NCBI GenBank assembly: GCA_003663025.1
Contig: QMZE01000001.1
Coordinates: 8,097 to 72,096, forward strand
Length of the DNA stretch: 64,000 bases
Reading direction: 5' to 3'
Origin: Archaeoglobales archaeon
Lineage (GTDB): Archaea > Halobacteriota > Archaeoglobi > Archaeoglobales > Archaeoglobaceae
Shown: positions 39,708 to 50,680 of the stretch, in pieces
Numbering within the stretch: the stretch's first letter is position 1
Layout: each line of letters begins with the position of its first letter
Program-made: the position numbers and the translations under genes
The notes under the pieces: model-generated
The model's database searches: none
What the model was told of the DNA's origin: nothing
What the model saw: the letters and a program-made list of their open reading frames with translations, nothing else

Positions 39708-41116
39708 TGCCTTTAAATCCTAACCAGCTTCAGGCTCTGTTAGACGCCGAGAATGAAAATCTCACTTCGGGACGGTACCTGGCAGACCATACTATCTTTG
39801 ACGCCAATGATGGTGCAGGAGAACCTGATGATCCTAGCTGGCTTCAGATTTTAGGTGATTTCGCAGGGTACCTACAGCAGAACGTAATGGCGTTTATGAA
39901 TGCCGGGACGTTAGAGACTGCAGAGATGGCGTGGCGAAAGCGCATGTTGAATTCTCAGGGATTCCCTCCGGATGTAAAAGTGCGCTATACGTACGCCGCA
40001 CCTGGAGCATATGTTCCGTGGACAGGGGAAGATAATCGGGAGATTAAGCAGGTAGTACTGCACTCTTTTGGGCAGCAGTGGCATGCTTTTAAGTCAGGCG
40101 GTAAATGGTTAGGGAAGCTAAATAATACGGCGACCCGCAGAGTGTACCGTCCATACACTGAAGGAGAAGCAGAGATCTCTGAGAGTGTGTGGATTCCTAA
40201 GGGGACAGATCCCGCTAAAGGGTACGCTCAATGGGAACGCTTCTCGTCTGCTCTTAGAGCTGTGGTATCCGCACCTCAGCCTGTAACCGCAGTACACTAT
40301 ATGATAGATCGTGCAGGTAATTTGTATGTGATGGCAGACTGTAACGATATTCTCAATTCGTCAGGAGCCCTGAGCGACACCTGTGTGTCTATTGGCCTGG
40401 AAGAAGCCTTGTACCTTCCCACTACTGAGGAAGAGGCTACGTGGCTCCCAGGAGGCACGCCTCCAGGAACCGAGGGGACGGTTCGGCATTGGGACTACTC
40501 AGCGTATCAGTACCGGACACTCGCTATTCTGATTAAGAAGCTGCAAAATGGACTCCCAACACTGCAGACCACTACACATACTACAGGGAAAACTGCAGAT
40601 GCTTCCTTTACGGGATACACTATGCACGGGCATATCGCAGATTCTGCCAGCGACATTGTAGATGTTTCACCTCATTTTCAAGAAGAGAGTGACTGGGATA
40701 ACTTTTTTGCCTTAGTGGAGCAGCAAGGACATGTTGATGAGTTTCTTACATGGACAAAGAAGCGTCCTGGAGTAGAGGGGCGGTTACAGTGGGTAGAGGA
40801 GATTGTCAGCTCTTTGGGCCCTGATGTGCGAGGACTAACTCAAGGTATCATGGTCAATCCCTCCGTAAATATTTTGACGGGAATACTTCGAACCCATCAG
40901 GAGATAAATAAATCCAGAGGTGATTACCGGACAGAAGCTGCGACACGGACAGCTAACGAGAGTATAATACAGAAACAACGGCAGAGTATCGGAGTACAAT
41001 TGGATGTTGCGCAGGAGAGTCCGACCGTTGTTCCTTCTAGCTTGGAAGGGGACATAGAAGATATTACGCTGGAAGACAGCAGGAGTACTGGCGTAGACTC
41101 AGAGGGACTGTACTAA
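39707..41116 (+). CDS. N-acetylmuramoyl-L-alanine amidase (Amidase_2-like) domain protein
   Basis: VVLHS, VHYMIDRAG, SIGLEE, Q..L..L, HGH..DVSPHF pattern. Confidence 0.65.
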   Translation: MPLNPNQLQALLDAENENLTSGRYLADHTIFDANDGAGEPDDPSWLQILGDFAGYLQQNVMAFMNAGTLETAEMAWRKRMLNSQGFPPDVKVRYTYAAPGAYVPWTGEDNREIKQVVLHSFGQQWHAFKSGGKWLGKLNNTATRRVYRPYTEGEAEISESVWIPKGTDPAKGYAQWERFSSALRAVVSAPQPVTAVHYMIDRAGNLYVMADCNDILNSSGALSDTCVSIGLEEALYLPTTEEEATWLPGGTPPGTEGTVRHWDYSAYQYRTLAILIKKLQNGLPTLQTTTHTTGKTADASFTGYTMHGHIADSASDIVDVSPHFQEESDWDNFFALVEQQGHVDEFLTWTKKRPGVEGRLQWVEEIVSSLGPDVRGLTQGIMVNPSVNILTGILRTHQEINKSRGDYRTEAATRTANESIIQKQRQSIGVQLDVAQESPTVVPSSLEGDIEDITLEDSRSTGVDSEGLY

Positions 41117-41562
41117 TGACGTACGACATACACTTCCAACCAGTTCCAGCAGACGAGGCCAAGAGCCTTAAGGTATATACTTTCGGATTCGAAGCTGCAC
41201 TAAAGGTTCGTGGTCCTCAGGCTTTGGTTAATCGTTGGGCAAAAACGTTTTTGACTCCTTTAAGTAGTGACCCTAGAGACCCTGGAGCAGGGACGGAGTT
41301 TGCACGCATAATAGGTGGTAACTTCAGCTTGCACTCTCCTGAGATGCAGGACGTGATAGTCATTGCAATAGAAGAAGCTAACGACCAGGTACGCCAACAG
41401 GACCTGGATGGACACTATGATGCTGACGAAATGTTGGAGACGGCAACACTTAAGACGTTACAAGTGAGTTCACAAGGGGACGGCATAGATGTTTGGATTG
41501 AGATATACAATCGAGAGGATCAGAGGCTCACTGTCTATCTTGCGAATATGGGCACGAGGTAA
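41116..41562 (+). CDS. Baseplate wedge gp25/gpW-like protein
   Basis: G.QALVNR..K.FLTP..SDP....GT.F pattern; precedes the gpJ-like gene. Confidence 0.65.
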   Translation: MTYDIHFQPVPADEAKSLKVYTFGFEAALKVRGPQALVNRWAKTFLTPLSSDPRDPGAGTEFARIIGGNFSLHSPEMQDVIVIAIEEANDQVRQQDLDGHYDADEMLETATLKTLQVSSQGDGIDVWIEIYNREDQRLTVYLANMGTR

Positions 41563-41565
41563 GCT

Positions 41566-43716
41566 ATGATAGAGATTTCAGAGATTGAAGTAATAGAATC
41601 AGATCTTGATGATGCCGAGTTGTTCCTAACTGAGTACCTTACGGAGAAAGTTCCTGACGGAAACTTTAGCCAGGGAGGGGCTATCCGGGATCTGGCTATT
41701 AAAGCTTTTGCGTATATCTATGCGTATCTGCGCGGAGAAGCAGATAGAATTGCGCTCTTACAATCTGTAATGCGCATAACCGAGGAGCTACAAGAGACCT
41801 CTGAGACTGTAACTGTGGGTGATGAGACTTACGACGTGGCTCAGGCAGTTGATGAGGTTATGTCTAACTGGTTTGTCACTCGAAGAGGAGGGACGTACTC
41901 GTATGTTACGGGGCTCCTTCACTTCAGTGAGCGGACTACTGTTCGCATTATGAAAGACACCAAGTTCTGGAAGACAGCTGCTCTGGCGTTTTACATAGAC
42001 TCAGAAGATGATCCTTATGTTGTGGCGGAGTCTTCGATGCTCCCGCGATTCGACTCAAAGGGTACGTTAATTGACTACGTGGTAGGCGTACCTTTGCGCT
42101 CTGCACTTACAGATACTTCTTATGATGTGAATGCGGGTAAGTTTTATAAAGTTGATGCTCCAGGAGGGCTCCCTTATTTTTCTTACGCTGAAAATACTGA
42201 GAAGGCGTCAGGTGGAGAGAGCATAGAGTCCAGTGCGGATATGTTGGACCGAGCGACTACTGCGATCTCTGTTCGAAACCTGATTAATAATCGGTCCTGC
42301 GACGCCACGTTAATGGAGCTGTTCCCCGATATTACGTCTACCCTGACTATCGGGATGGCTGAGCCGGAGATGATTCGGGACAGAAAAACTGAGATTGCGC
42401 GACACATAAGGCTCCATACTGGCGGCTGTTACGATACGTATCTGGAGATGCCCACCATCCAGGTGGAAGAGAGCGGTCCTGTCGCGGGTTTCTACCCTAG
42501 ACCGGATAATATTGTAAGTGTGTTCAGGGATCCAGAGCTGACGTACGACACGGCTACTTTCGTGGCACTGGGAGTTAAGGCAGGACACATACTCTTTATC
42601 CGGGATGGGATTGCCGGAGTTCCTCGTGGGTTTCAGATTGTTCTGGTGACTGACCACGAGCTTTACATCAGTGAGGCGGCGGCATTCCCGGAAGCGTCAG
42701 ACGAGCTTTTACTGAATGAAGTGTATTATTCCATTGGATGGTTTTATCCTGATTTTAACCAGTTGGATTTCGACCCCGGACCCGGAACTCTGTACGAACG
42801 TACTGCAGCGCCGAGTGCTAATCCTTTATACGCCCACATCTCTGCAGGCACCTCTAGGCACATTAGTCGGCAGGGTGTTTTCGTTCTATCTGGGAGACCT
42901 GTACTGGACATCATAAGTGTAGAGATTACAGACCCTGATAGCGCTGATGCGGCTATCATAGATCCATCGTCAGGTACTATTCGGTTCACCAATAGAGTAA
43001 ACGCGCCGCCCATTGCAGCGTCTCTGGTAGGAACTTCACAGTATCAGCTGGAATGTATCAATCATCCAAAAGCCCAATCAGGCCAAGCAGTGTACTGTCT
43101 TAGAGTAGGGTACCTAACAAATCCCTCTAAGTTTGACGGTAAGAACCTGAAAGTAACGTACCAGTCTCTCCGGGATTTTAATGGGCCTGCTAATTGGGTA
43201 GAGAGAGTTGACGTACGTGTGTCCGCAGCGAACCATTTAGCTAAATCCAGGCACCCCATTTGGATCTCTATGACTATTCCATACAGACACAAAGCTACTG
43301 CAGGGTCTTTCCTGGATGAAGCCGATGCGGCTGAAACCGTTTCATCTTTTATAAACGATTTCGACGCAAATGACACCTTGGACATGTCGGATATAATGAC
43401 AGAGCTACGTAATACGTACGACGTACTGGATGCAGTGTTTCCTTTTGACATCTACTACACATTGTATTCTGCGGATGGGCAGATTCTGACGTACAGGACA
43501 ACAGATATCGTCTCTATATTTTCTATGGTGTCTAATGGTGTAGCATTAATTAATAGTGCAGACATTGTTGTACCTGCCGAGATGCAGGAAGCGGGGATTA
43601 CTGTTATTAGTACCGACGATGATTTGAGCTATTACTATTTGCTGATGGGAATATCTGATAGGACAGTAAATTACCGGACTAAAGTGTCACTCATAACATT
43701 TGCGATGCAGGGGTAG
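41566..43716 (+). CDS. Baseplate J/gp6-like wedge protein
   Basis: G.AIRDL.IK, N.FVTR..G, N....SGG...ES..D...R motifs. Confidence 0.75.
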   Translation: MIEISEIEVIESDLDDAELFLTEYLTEKVPDGNFSQGGAIRDLAIKAFAYIYAYLRGEADRIALLQSVMRITEELQETSETVTVGDETYDVAQAVDEVMSNWFVTRRGGTYSYVTGLLHFSERTTVRIMKDTKFWKTAALAFYIDSEDDPYVVAESSMLPRFDSKGTLIDYVVGVPLRSALTDTSYDVNAGKFYKVDAPGGLPYFSYAENTEKASGGESIESSADMLDRATTAISVRNLINNRSCDATLMELFPDITSTLTIGMAEPEMIRDRKTEIARHIRLHTGGCYDTYLEMPTIQVEESGPVAGFYPRPDNIVSVFRDPELTYDTATFVALGVKAGHILFIRDGIAGVPRGFQIVLVTDHELYISEAAAFPEASDELLLNEVYYSIGWFYPDFNQLDFDPGPGTLYERTAAPSANPLYAHISAGTSRHISRQGVFVLSGRPVLDIISVEITDPDSADAAIIDPSSGTIRFTNRVNAPPIAASLVGTSQYQLECINHPKAQSGQAVYCLRVGYLTNPSKFDGKNLKVTYQSLRDFNGPANWVERVDVRVSAANHLAKSRHPIWISMTIPYRHKATAGSFLDEADAAETVSSFINDFDANDTLDMSDIMTELRNTYDVLDAVFPFDIYYTLYSADGQILTYRTTDIVSIFSMVSNGVALINSADIVVPAEMQEAGITVISTDDDLSYYYLLMGISDRTVNYRTKVSLITFAMQG

Positions 43717-43719
43717 GTA

Positions 43720-46680
43720 ATGCCACACCCATTCGACATAGGGGACTACGGCTCTTCGTTAATGCGCGGGCTCTCAGGTTTTTGGTTAAGGTTTTTCCGG
43801 GACACCGAGGATCTGGAGGCGTATTACCAAGCCTCAGAACAGTACCTCGGTCAGGTGTACCTGGATCTCCTCAGTAATGTATTGAGTGTGAGTGTCGTAG
43901 ACACTCCAATCTTTAATAAGGAATATTGGAAGCTATTCCTCGTGGGTGAGAACGAGATATCCTTTTCACAAGGACTGTCTGTAGCGGAGAACAGGTATCG
44001 CTATGATATGCCTGGCCCAATTGTAGATGCTAATGTGCTGCAGAATACTATCTTCGAACCAGATATTACATTTGAGCGTGGCGTGGATTTCGACACCCAG
44101 GACGATGATGGGTATGTACGTTTTATGGCAGATCCGTTCAGGGAGTATTTTGACATCACGGCACAGGAATGGCTCCCTCGTCCAGGGCTTGGATGGAGGT
44201 GGCAGACTATAGAGGTAGGGAACAACTTTGTAGACCTACGCAGGACAGCAGGAGAGGATTGGCGAGAGGATACTGATGTTAAGCGCGGAGATACACTCAG
44301 GCTTTTGGCTTATGCAGGAGCCCAGCAGCAGACAGGGACTACGGGACAAGTACTCTTTTTGGGAGGTACTTCGATTTTCAGAGACCTTGCTACCCCTGCA
44401 GCGTTTAACGAGACTCATGTGGGAGATATTATCCAAGTGTACGAGGACCCCTCGAGTCCTGATTACATAGGATATTACGTCGTAAAGGAGGTTAATCCTC
44501 TTTCTCCTACACAAGCTGTTCTCGAGGAAGTGTACGGTGCGCCGCAGATAACGAGTGCTGCAACGCTGTACTGGAGGCACTACAAAGGACTGTACTTTGA
44601 TGCCTTCGACGAAGATTATGAGATCGATTACATTAGGAATGAGTTCCTAGTGGGAAACAGTGACGCCCCGTACACTCTACAGTACGACGCGCCCATAGTG
44701 TACGCCGTAGTCCGAGACCCCGCAGACAACGACGAGGTTGGAGTCACTCTCAGCCCATACCCTACTGCAACATTTGTGGGACATAAACATTTGGTACCTG
44801 GAAGCGTGAAGGTTTTTGCCTCCAGGAATGACGGGTTTGCTGTAGAAGAAGGGGTAGATTACACGATTGACTATTTACGGGGTACAGTACATCCCGTGCA
44901 ATACCTGTTGCCGGCACCTCCTGGAGATCTTACACAGCCTGATTGGAGCCCAACTTCTCCTATAAACAAGTGCAGCTATCAGTACAAAGAAGAGGTGTTG
45001 TTAGGGGCCGGAGGTAATGTTTCCGAGCAGACAGAAGGTCAGGTTCGCCAGATCTCACTGTGGGTTCCTGAAGTGTCCGTAGACCGTTTTCTTCTGTATG
45101 AGAATTTCGGGTATCTCCTCAATCGCTTTGCAGCTTCGTCAGAGGCGTACAAGGCTTTCTTGAGGGGGATCATGTACCTGTACGTATCTGGTCCGATTAT
45201 CTACCGTATAAATGCAGCTTTGAATGTCGCTGCAGGCTTCCCGGTAATAAGTTCAGATGGAGAGATCCTGCTAGGGTACGATAATGGGATGTACGGGGAA
45301 GGCGCTGACGGGCAGATCTTTGCAGGTACAGACCAGTTCACGACGCCTTCGTACACGTTCACTGAGCTTGATGTTGGAGGTCACGTAGTTTTCCCTGATC
45401 CAGCTAACGACGCTAACCGGGGGAGCTTCCGCATTCTGGAGTGTATAGATGCTAATACGGTTTCTCTGGAGTCCGAGTTTGGTCTGGCCAATGAGGGTCC
45501 CCCACTTAATTGGGAAGTTACGCGGACAAACACAAAGGTAGTGTCTACGAAGACAGCTGCGGGACGCACCAAAGACTACGTTTACCCTTACGACGTTACA
45601 ATGTTGGACCTTGTATTGGACGAGGACAACTATGACGTACTGGTTTTGAATGCGTTTGACTATCTGACAGAAGCGTTCAACGTTGTTGATTATATTGAAG
45701 ACCCACAGTGGTGGGTTAACAAGTATGTTCCGGACATCCTTTGGCGCAATCAGTCGGCGGCCAGGCGTCTCGCTTCCGATGAATTGTTTCCCAACATTAT
45801 CGGGGCTCCCGATGACGCACAGATAGGAGACCCTGGGCTATTTATCGGGGCCGATGACGAGGGGAATACGTACACTCCAATAGACCCGTACACGACTTTA
45901 CCTACGGATATTTATCGACACACCGCAGCATTCATGTTGTTTGATAGGTACCTTAAGTTCCATATGTTCTACATTGGGATAGACAACAGTGTGGATCTGG
46001 ATACCCAGTTCCTCGAAGATTTAGAAGAGCTCATCTTAGTAGTGAAGCCTTCATATACCTATCCCTACGTGGAACCAGGGGATGCCTTTTTTGACACAGG
46101 AACATTGTGGGATACGTTTGTGCACCATATCACCATGGATTGGACAGGAGTCAACGGTGACAACGTTCAAGTTGCAGACGACGCCACCTGGGTAATCGGA
46201 GGTCCTTTTAGTATTGGGGACTACTTCAGATACGTAACGTATACAGGGCAGCCTACAGGGCAGCCCAGTCCTCCTGCAGCAGTCTTTACTCTTCCTGTGG
46301 GGGCAAACGAACGCGTACTGGTACTTAGGTTTAATGCTACAGTGGACGGAGGGACTCGAGAGCCCTTAGAAGGAGTGGACTACACCTTCGACTACGACCC
46401 GATGTCTCCCACTAAGTGGCAGGTCACACTGATCGGAACGTCAGTTTGGGACGGAGCTTCTATCTTGTCTTTCGAAGCATTAGTGATTGATATGACAAAT
46501 ATATCATTAGGCCTTCCGAATACTGTCATAGGGTACACACCTTTGTCCGTAGGGATAACGTCTCCAGGTTACGTACGTGAAACGTTGGCACCTATCCCAA
46601 ACATCACAGAATTTGTTGATAGGGCGCTGAGCCTGCGTATTGATGCGAACTATCCGATGGGTGTATCCTATACTTATTAA
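43720..46680 (+). CDS. Baseplate wedge / structural protein (gp7/gpI-like)
   Basis: Follows gpJ-like gene; YKAFLRG.....GP, VKPSYT motif, EGVDYT repeats. Confidence 0.6.
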   Translation: MPHPFDIGDYGSSLMRGLSGFWLRFFRDTEDLEAYYQASEQYLGQVYLDLLSNVLSVSVVDTPIFNKEYWKLFLVGENEISFSQGLSVAENRYRYDMPGPIVDANVLQNTIFEPDITFERGVDFDTQDDDGYVRFMADPFREYFDITAQEWLPRPGLGWRWQTIEVGNNFVDLRRTAGEDWREDTDVKRGDTLRLLAYAGAQQQTGTTGQVLFLGGTSIFRDLATPAAFNETHVGDIIQVYEDPSSPDYIGYYVVKEVNPLSPTQAVLEEVYGAPQITSAATLYWRHYKGLYFDAFDEDYEIDYIRNEFLVGNSDAPYTLQYDAPIVYAVVRDPADNDEVGVTLSPYPTATFVGHKHLVPGSVKVFASRNDGFAVEEGVDYTIDYLRGTVHPVQYLLPAPPGDLTQPDWSPTSPINKCSYQYKEEVLLGAGGNVSEQTEGQVRQISLWVPEVSVDRFLLYENFGYLLNRFAASSEAYKAFLRGIMYLYVSGPIIYRINAALNVAAGFPVISSDGEILLGYDNGMYGEGADGQIFAGTDQFTTPSYTFTELDVGGHVVFPDPANDANRGSFRILECIDANTVSLESEFGLANEGPPLNWEVTRTNTKVVSTKTAAGRTKDYVYPYDVTMLDLVLDEDNYDVLVLNAFDYLTEAFNVVDYIEDPQWWVNKYVPDILWRNQSAARRLASDELFPNIIGAPDDAQIGDPGLFIGADDEGNTYTPIDPYTTLPTDIYRHTAAFMLFDRYLKFHMFYIGIDNSVDLDTQFLEDLEELILVVKPSYTYPYVEPGDAFFDTGTLWDTFVHHITMDWTGVNGDNVQVADDATWVIGGPFSIGDYFRYVTYTGQPTGQPSPPAAVFTLPVGANERVLVLRFNATVDGGTREPLEGVDYTFDYDPMSPTKWQVTLIGTSVWDGASILSFEALVIDMTNISLGLPNTVIGYTPLSVGITSPGYVRETLAPIPNITEFVDRALSLRIDANYPMGVSYTY

Positions 46681-46720
46681 AGCGTGTGTGGTATTGTAGT
46701 CGAAACATAAAGAGGGTTAA

Positions 46721-47287
46721 ATGCAGTTACCTAAAGATTACCTACAGTTATACGGACGACTACAGGTCCGGATATACGACGTAAAGAGCGGTAGGAAAGA
46801 CCTCAAACTACGCTTCACTAAAATGAATCAGATTGTTAATGGAGGGCGTGACATGGTTCTGGAGATGCTGGCACAGATTGCTGGCGACCCAGGCCCCCAA
46901 GGAAACCCTTTCTGGAACAATGTCTGGTCCCTAAGTGCGGGGGAAGATCCTACTCCTGCTATGGTAACTCAGACCCAGCTCGGTTCTCCTGTGTGGACAG
47001 GGCAGCTAACCCCTGCAACAGAGCGGGCGTACAATCCTGCACTGTATGAGCTGAATGTTTTGAAGGAGTTTCCTGCAGGTACCGGGACAGGCGCAGTGCT
47101 TACTGAAGCTGGTATTTTTGTGCGAGGACAGTTTGATGACCCTACTGCAGCAGGTGTTGCTACCTGGGAAGCGATTCCCGGGAGAAGAATGTACGCAAGA
47201 CAGACGCACCCCGCAGTTACTAAGGGTGCAACAATGGCAATAGTATACGACTGGCATCTTGGGATGACAGTTCAATCTTCCCCATAA
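46721..47287 (+). CDS. Baseplate / fibre-attachment protein
   Basis: N.IVN.G, LTEAGIF, MYAR...AVTK....IVYDW pattern seen in myovirus fibre-anchor proteins. Confidence 0.55.
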   Translation: MQLPKDYLQLYGRLQVRIYDVKSGRKDLKLRFTKMNQIVNGGRDMVLEMLAQIAGDPGPQGNPFWNNVWSLSAGEDPTPAMVTQTQLGSPVWTGQLTPATERAYNPALYELNVLKEFPAGTGTGAVLTEAGIFVRGQFDDPTAAGVATWEAIPGRRMYARQTHPAVTKGATMAIVYDWHLGMTVQSSP

Positions 47288-47299
47288 AGGAGATGGTCG

Positions 47300-49978
47300 A
47301 TGTCTGACCAGAATATTTATTTTGAGCATGCTGGTGATACCGGTGAGCGCGCTGATGCTGAATCGATTGAGCCTTACAATGATGGGGAGCCTGCTGGCCA
47401 GACGGTGTTCCGTAGGCCTCCAGAGAACCTGAGGTACCGAACAGAAGTGTTACGTACTGCAGGAGAAGACGGCAAGTACTTACAAGACTCCGATATGCGT
47501 TGGCTCATTTCCGGAGGCAACGATGTGGGTGCGGCTGCTGGGAGTCTGATGCCTACGGTTACGTGGGATAAAACTGCGGGATCTTTTATAATTTCAAATA
47601 ACATTGTAGTGCAGCCAATGAGTACTCCTGCAGCAGACGCGAAAGCGTCTAAGGCGTACACGTTTGGAGTAGCTCCTACTGATGTGGTCTTCACGTTTAC
47701 GTCGCTTCTGTTTGCATATGAAGGAGCCAATCAGCGGAGAATTGTGTGGGAGGCTAAGCCATCGGCAGAGATCCCTGGAGGGGTGTGTAGCGCCGTGGTG
47801 TCTGGTGATCCAGAGCATATCCTGACAATCACAGTAAAGGACACCTGGGATACTCAGGCGCAAGACGTAGATAACGCACTGACAGCTATCGCGGTTGATC
47901 TGGTTACCATGGGGATCTCCTACACCATGGTAGGTATCGTGAGTGTAAACATCTCTGCTCTCCCTACAGACGCGGATTTCGTTCTCAATTCTACGTGGGA
48001 ACGTGAACTACATTACATCACTCCAGCACAGATTGTAGACTTCTTTACGGCACCAGCGAATGCGTTAGCTGATGGGGACACTCTCAGTATCTGGTACGAC
48101 TGGCTCTACGATGACATCAGTGGAAACAATGGAGGAAGGAGACAGTCCTCCACCTCCACAGTAGACATAGGTACAGGCTTCCCGCCAAATACCCATGTCA
48201 CATCAGGCCAGATGTTTAAGACTACCGCGGAGGCGGAGAAGATTCCTCTTTCGATCCCGCTTTGTAAGCGTATAGGCGATGACCTTATATTCATAGACGG
48301 TACCGTAGTTAAAGGGGATGCAGTACACCCTGAAGGGTATACAAATCTGCCTTTCTCCACTAACGGGTACATCACAGATGCCGCCCTAACATGGTGGGTA
48401 CTGAGTGGGTACTTAACTCCTCATACCCACGACGGGCAGTCCGTATCGGATTGGCCTATCATCGCAGATACTCTTCAGGTTAACCTGGAAGCACTGCAGG
48501 TTTATCTCAATGACAAAGGTTCTCTTATTGCGAATGAGACCGCCACAGGGGACTGGGCAATAGATGGAGACTGGGTATTCCGTGCTCTGGCCGAGTTCCG
48601 AGGACGTATTGACCTTGAGCACTCAGCGTATATTCGAGGAGAAGCAGTTGCACAAAATGTTGCAGCGCTCCTATTCCGCTCTAACGGGATCACCTCAGAT
48701 GCAGCAGTAGAGGCCACAACAGTTTCCACGTACGCTTTTGATTGGCGACCTACTGTTGCCGATCCTGCTGTAGGTACATATGTTACGCTGACTGGAGCGT
48801 GGCTTGAAATAGACCTGACGGTACCGGCAACTCCGGTAATCATCCTGCACGTAGCTCCAGGGACAACTCCCGGAACACGTACACAGGTACTACTGCATAT
48901 TGAAGCCGGAAGCCACCATGAGAGCCTTGCATGGGATACTACTGCTGGAACTACGGTGACACTGGGAGTAACTTCTCCTGATTACAATTTTAAGCTAGCT
49001 CCTGCAACAGGGTCGAATTCAGGTACGGCTGAATACAAAGGTGCTTCGTTTGAGTTTTTACGTTCGGATGTACACGTAGAACAAGAGGCGTTGATCCATA
49101 ACATATTGCGACTGTGTAATAGCGGCTACAGTCCTACGACTACTGACGGCAAGATACTGTTATCCAGTTCACAAGATGACTCTAATGAGTGGAAGCTCTA
49201 CAAAGAAACACCATACAGTGCTACGTTGCCGGGAGTGCAGTGGTATTACAAAGATGCGGCTGGAGTATCTGGAACGTATGCGGAGCCGGGTTTGTGGTAC
49301 CGCATGGCAATTAACTGTAGGTGGACAGCTGGAACACCTGCCACGTGGACACAAGTAGACTCCCACGTACCTAGTAGGATGGTTGAATACACCCCTATGG
49401 GAGTACGTACATACCAAAAAGACGCTTTTGGCGGGTCGCCTATTGTACCTTGGGACGATACGCCTAACGCTGGAGACTGGGATGATTTCTGGGAGAGCGA
49501 GCCAAGAGTAAGAGCTGGAGTGCGATACCCGGACGGGTCTAATATTGCTACAGACTACTCTACCGCATTTCCTGTCTCAAAGGTATTTGCACAGTCTTTC
49601 CCCACTGCTGGTTATGAAGAAGTGCTAGATAATATTATGGACTGGAGAGGTAGGCGGGCCTTTATTCGTGCTGTGGTATGTGAAGATCTCACAATTCTAG
49701 GCGACGATGGAGCGGCAGAAGATGCGTTAGAGGCTCGTTTTGCACTTGAAAAGATAGCGGTACTTACGTCGGCACCTACGACTAAAACTTATAAGTTTGA
49801 ACAAGCATGGCCTGGTAGGGCGGACTTCGGTGCGACAAGTGTGTATATTATCGAGCGAGACATCAATCACTATATCGAGGTATACGTTAAGCCTGATGGG
49901 AATTTGGCTGCTAAGTCGAACGTTTCCGGTATGAGCGCTATTGTCTGGATTACGCCTACCACTAAGGGCGTCTATTGA
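47300..49978 (+). CDS. Tail fibre / baseplate-associated protein
   Basis: Large beta-rich protein ending the baseplate operon; RRPPENLRYRTE N-terminal motif; AAGGAG SD. Confidence 0.55.
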   Translation: MSDQNIYFEHAGDTGERADAESIEPYNDGEPAGQTVFRRPPENLRYRTEVLRTAGEDGKYLQDSDMRWLISGGNDVGAAAGSLMPTVTWDKTAGSFIISNNIVVQPMSTPAADAKASKAYTFGVAPTDVVFTFTSLLFAYEGANQRRIVWEAKPSAEIPGGVCSAVVSGDPEHILTITVKDTWDTQAQDVDNALTAIAVDLVTMGISYTMVGIVSVNISALPTDADFVLNSTWERELHYITPAQIVDFFTAPANALADGDTLSIWYDWLYDDISGNNGGRRQSSTSTVDIGTGFPPNTHVTSGQMFKTTAEAEKIPLSIPLCKRIGDDLIFIDGTVVKGDAVHPEGYTNLPFSTNGYITDAALTWWVLSGYLTPHTHDGQSVSDWPIIADTLQVNLEALQVYLNDKGSLIANETATGDWAIDGDWVFRALAEFRGRIDLEHSAYIRGEAVAQNVAALLFRSNGITSDAAVEATTVSTYAFDWRPTVADPAVGTYVTLTGAWLEIDLTVPATPVIILHVAPGTTPGTRTQVLLHIEAGSHHESLAWDTTAGTTVTLGVTSPDYNFKLAPATGSNSGTAEYKGASFEFLRSDVHVEQEALIHNILRLCNSGYSPTTTDGKILLSSSQDDSNEWKLYKETPYSATLPGVQWYYKDAAGVSGTYAEPGLWYRMAINCRWTAGTPATWTQVDSHVPSRMVEYTPMGVRTYQKDAFGGSPIVPWDDTPNAGDWDDFWESEPRVRAGVRYPDGSNIATDYSTAFPVSKVFAQSFPTAGYEEVLDNIMDWRGRRAFIRAVVCEDLTILGDDGAAEDALEARFALEKIAVLTSAPTTKTYKFEQAWPGRADFGATSVYIIERDINHYIEVYVKPDGNLAAKSNVSGMSAIVWITPTTKGVY

Positions 49979-50457
49979 AAAAAAGCCGTCCCCGGAGAAA
50001 CGCTTATCGTAGCCTGCGCTCCACTCTGCAACCACACCATTATTCCATTAGCCAGATCTGTCTTAGGTGTAGCTGCCCCTGGGGAAGCAATAGATGCCAG
50101 GTTGGACATCAGGTTCACGGGAGCCGGCTTACCTATCACAGCGCTCGCAATAGCCCACATGCCAGCAATGTTGGTGTTGAGATACGCAAGAAACGCAGCT
50201 TCCATAAGCGCGCCACTTGAAGCGGGATCTAACGGTGCAGTGAACGCCTGAGTGAGAGGGCCTATCATGGCTTGTTTGGCGGCGGGAGAAAGATTGGTGC
50301 CCATCGTGATGGGTGTCCCATTGAGGGACGCATAGCCAAAAAAAGTCGCAAAGATATCTGTGAAGGCCGCAGCTGCATCTACCGGCTGAGCCAATGGTTT
50401 TTGATCATATGCTTTTAGATCAAGAATGAATTGGCTCAGACCGGCAGGCAACGGCAT
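49972..50457 (-). CDS. Hypothetical Ala-rich protein
   Basis: GAGG SD before ATG 50457 (MPLPAG...). Confidence 0.55.
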   Translation of the reverse strand: MPLPAGLSQFILDLKAYDQKPLAQPVDAAAAFTDIFATFFGYASLNGTPITMGTNLSPAAKQAMIGPLTQAFTAPLDPASSGALMEAAFLAYLNTNIAGMWAIASAVIGKPAPVNLMSNLASIASPGAATPKTDLANGIMVWLQSGAQATISVSPGTAFFQ

Positions 50458-50461
50458 GACT

Positions 50462-50671
50462 TTACCTCGTAAAGGACGTACTTGAGAGGGGGAGCATTTC
50501 CTCCAGCTCAAAGTATTCAGTTGGACGTGAGAATTGAAGTCTTAGTTTATCTGTACCCCGTAAACATTTAAGGCACAGGGCACACACGACTTTGTTGTTC
50601 TGAGTTACAACCAGAGCGTCATTGTCAAAGACATTGTCGCATCCTTCGAACTCACAGATTATGTTATCCAT
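50462..50671 (-). CDS. Small Cys-rich protein
   Basis: CEFEGC...CALCLKC; GGAG SD. Confidence 0.55.
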   Translation of the reverse strand: MDNIICEFEGCDNVFDNDALVVTQNNKVVCALCLKCLRGTDKLRLQFSRPTEYFELEEMLPLSSTSFTR

Positions 50672-50680
50672 ATCAGTCTC

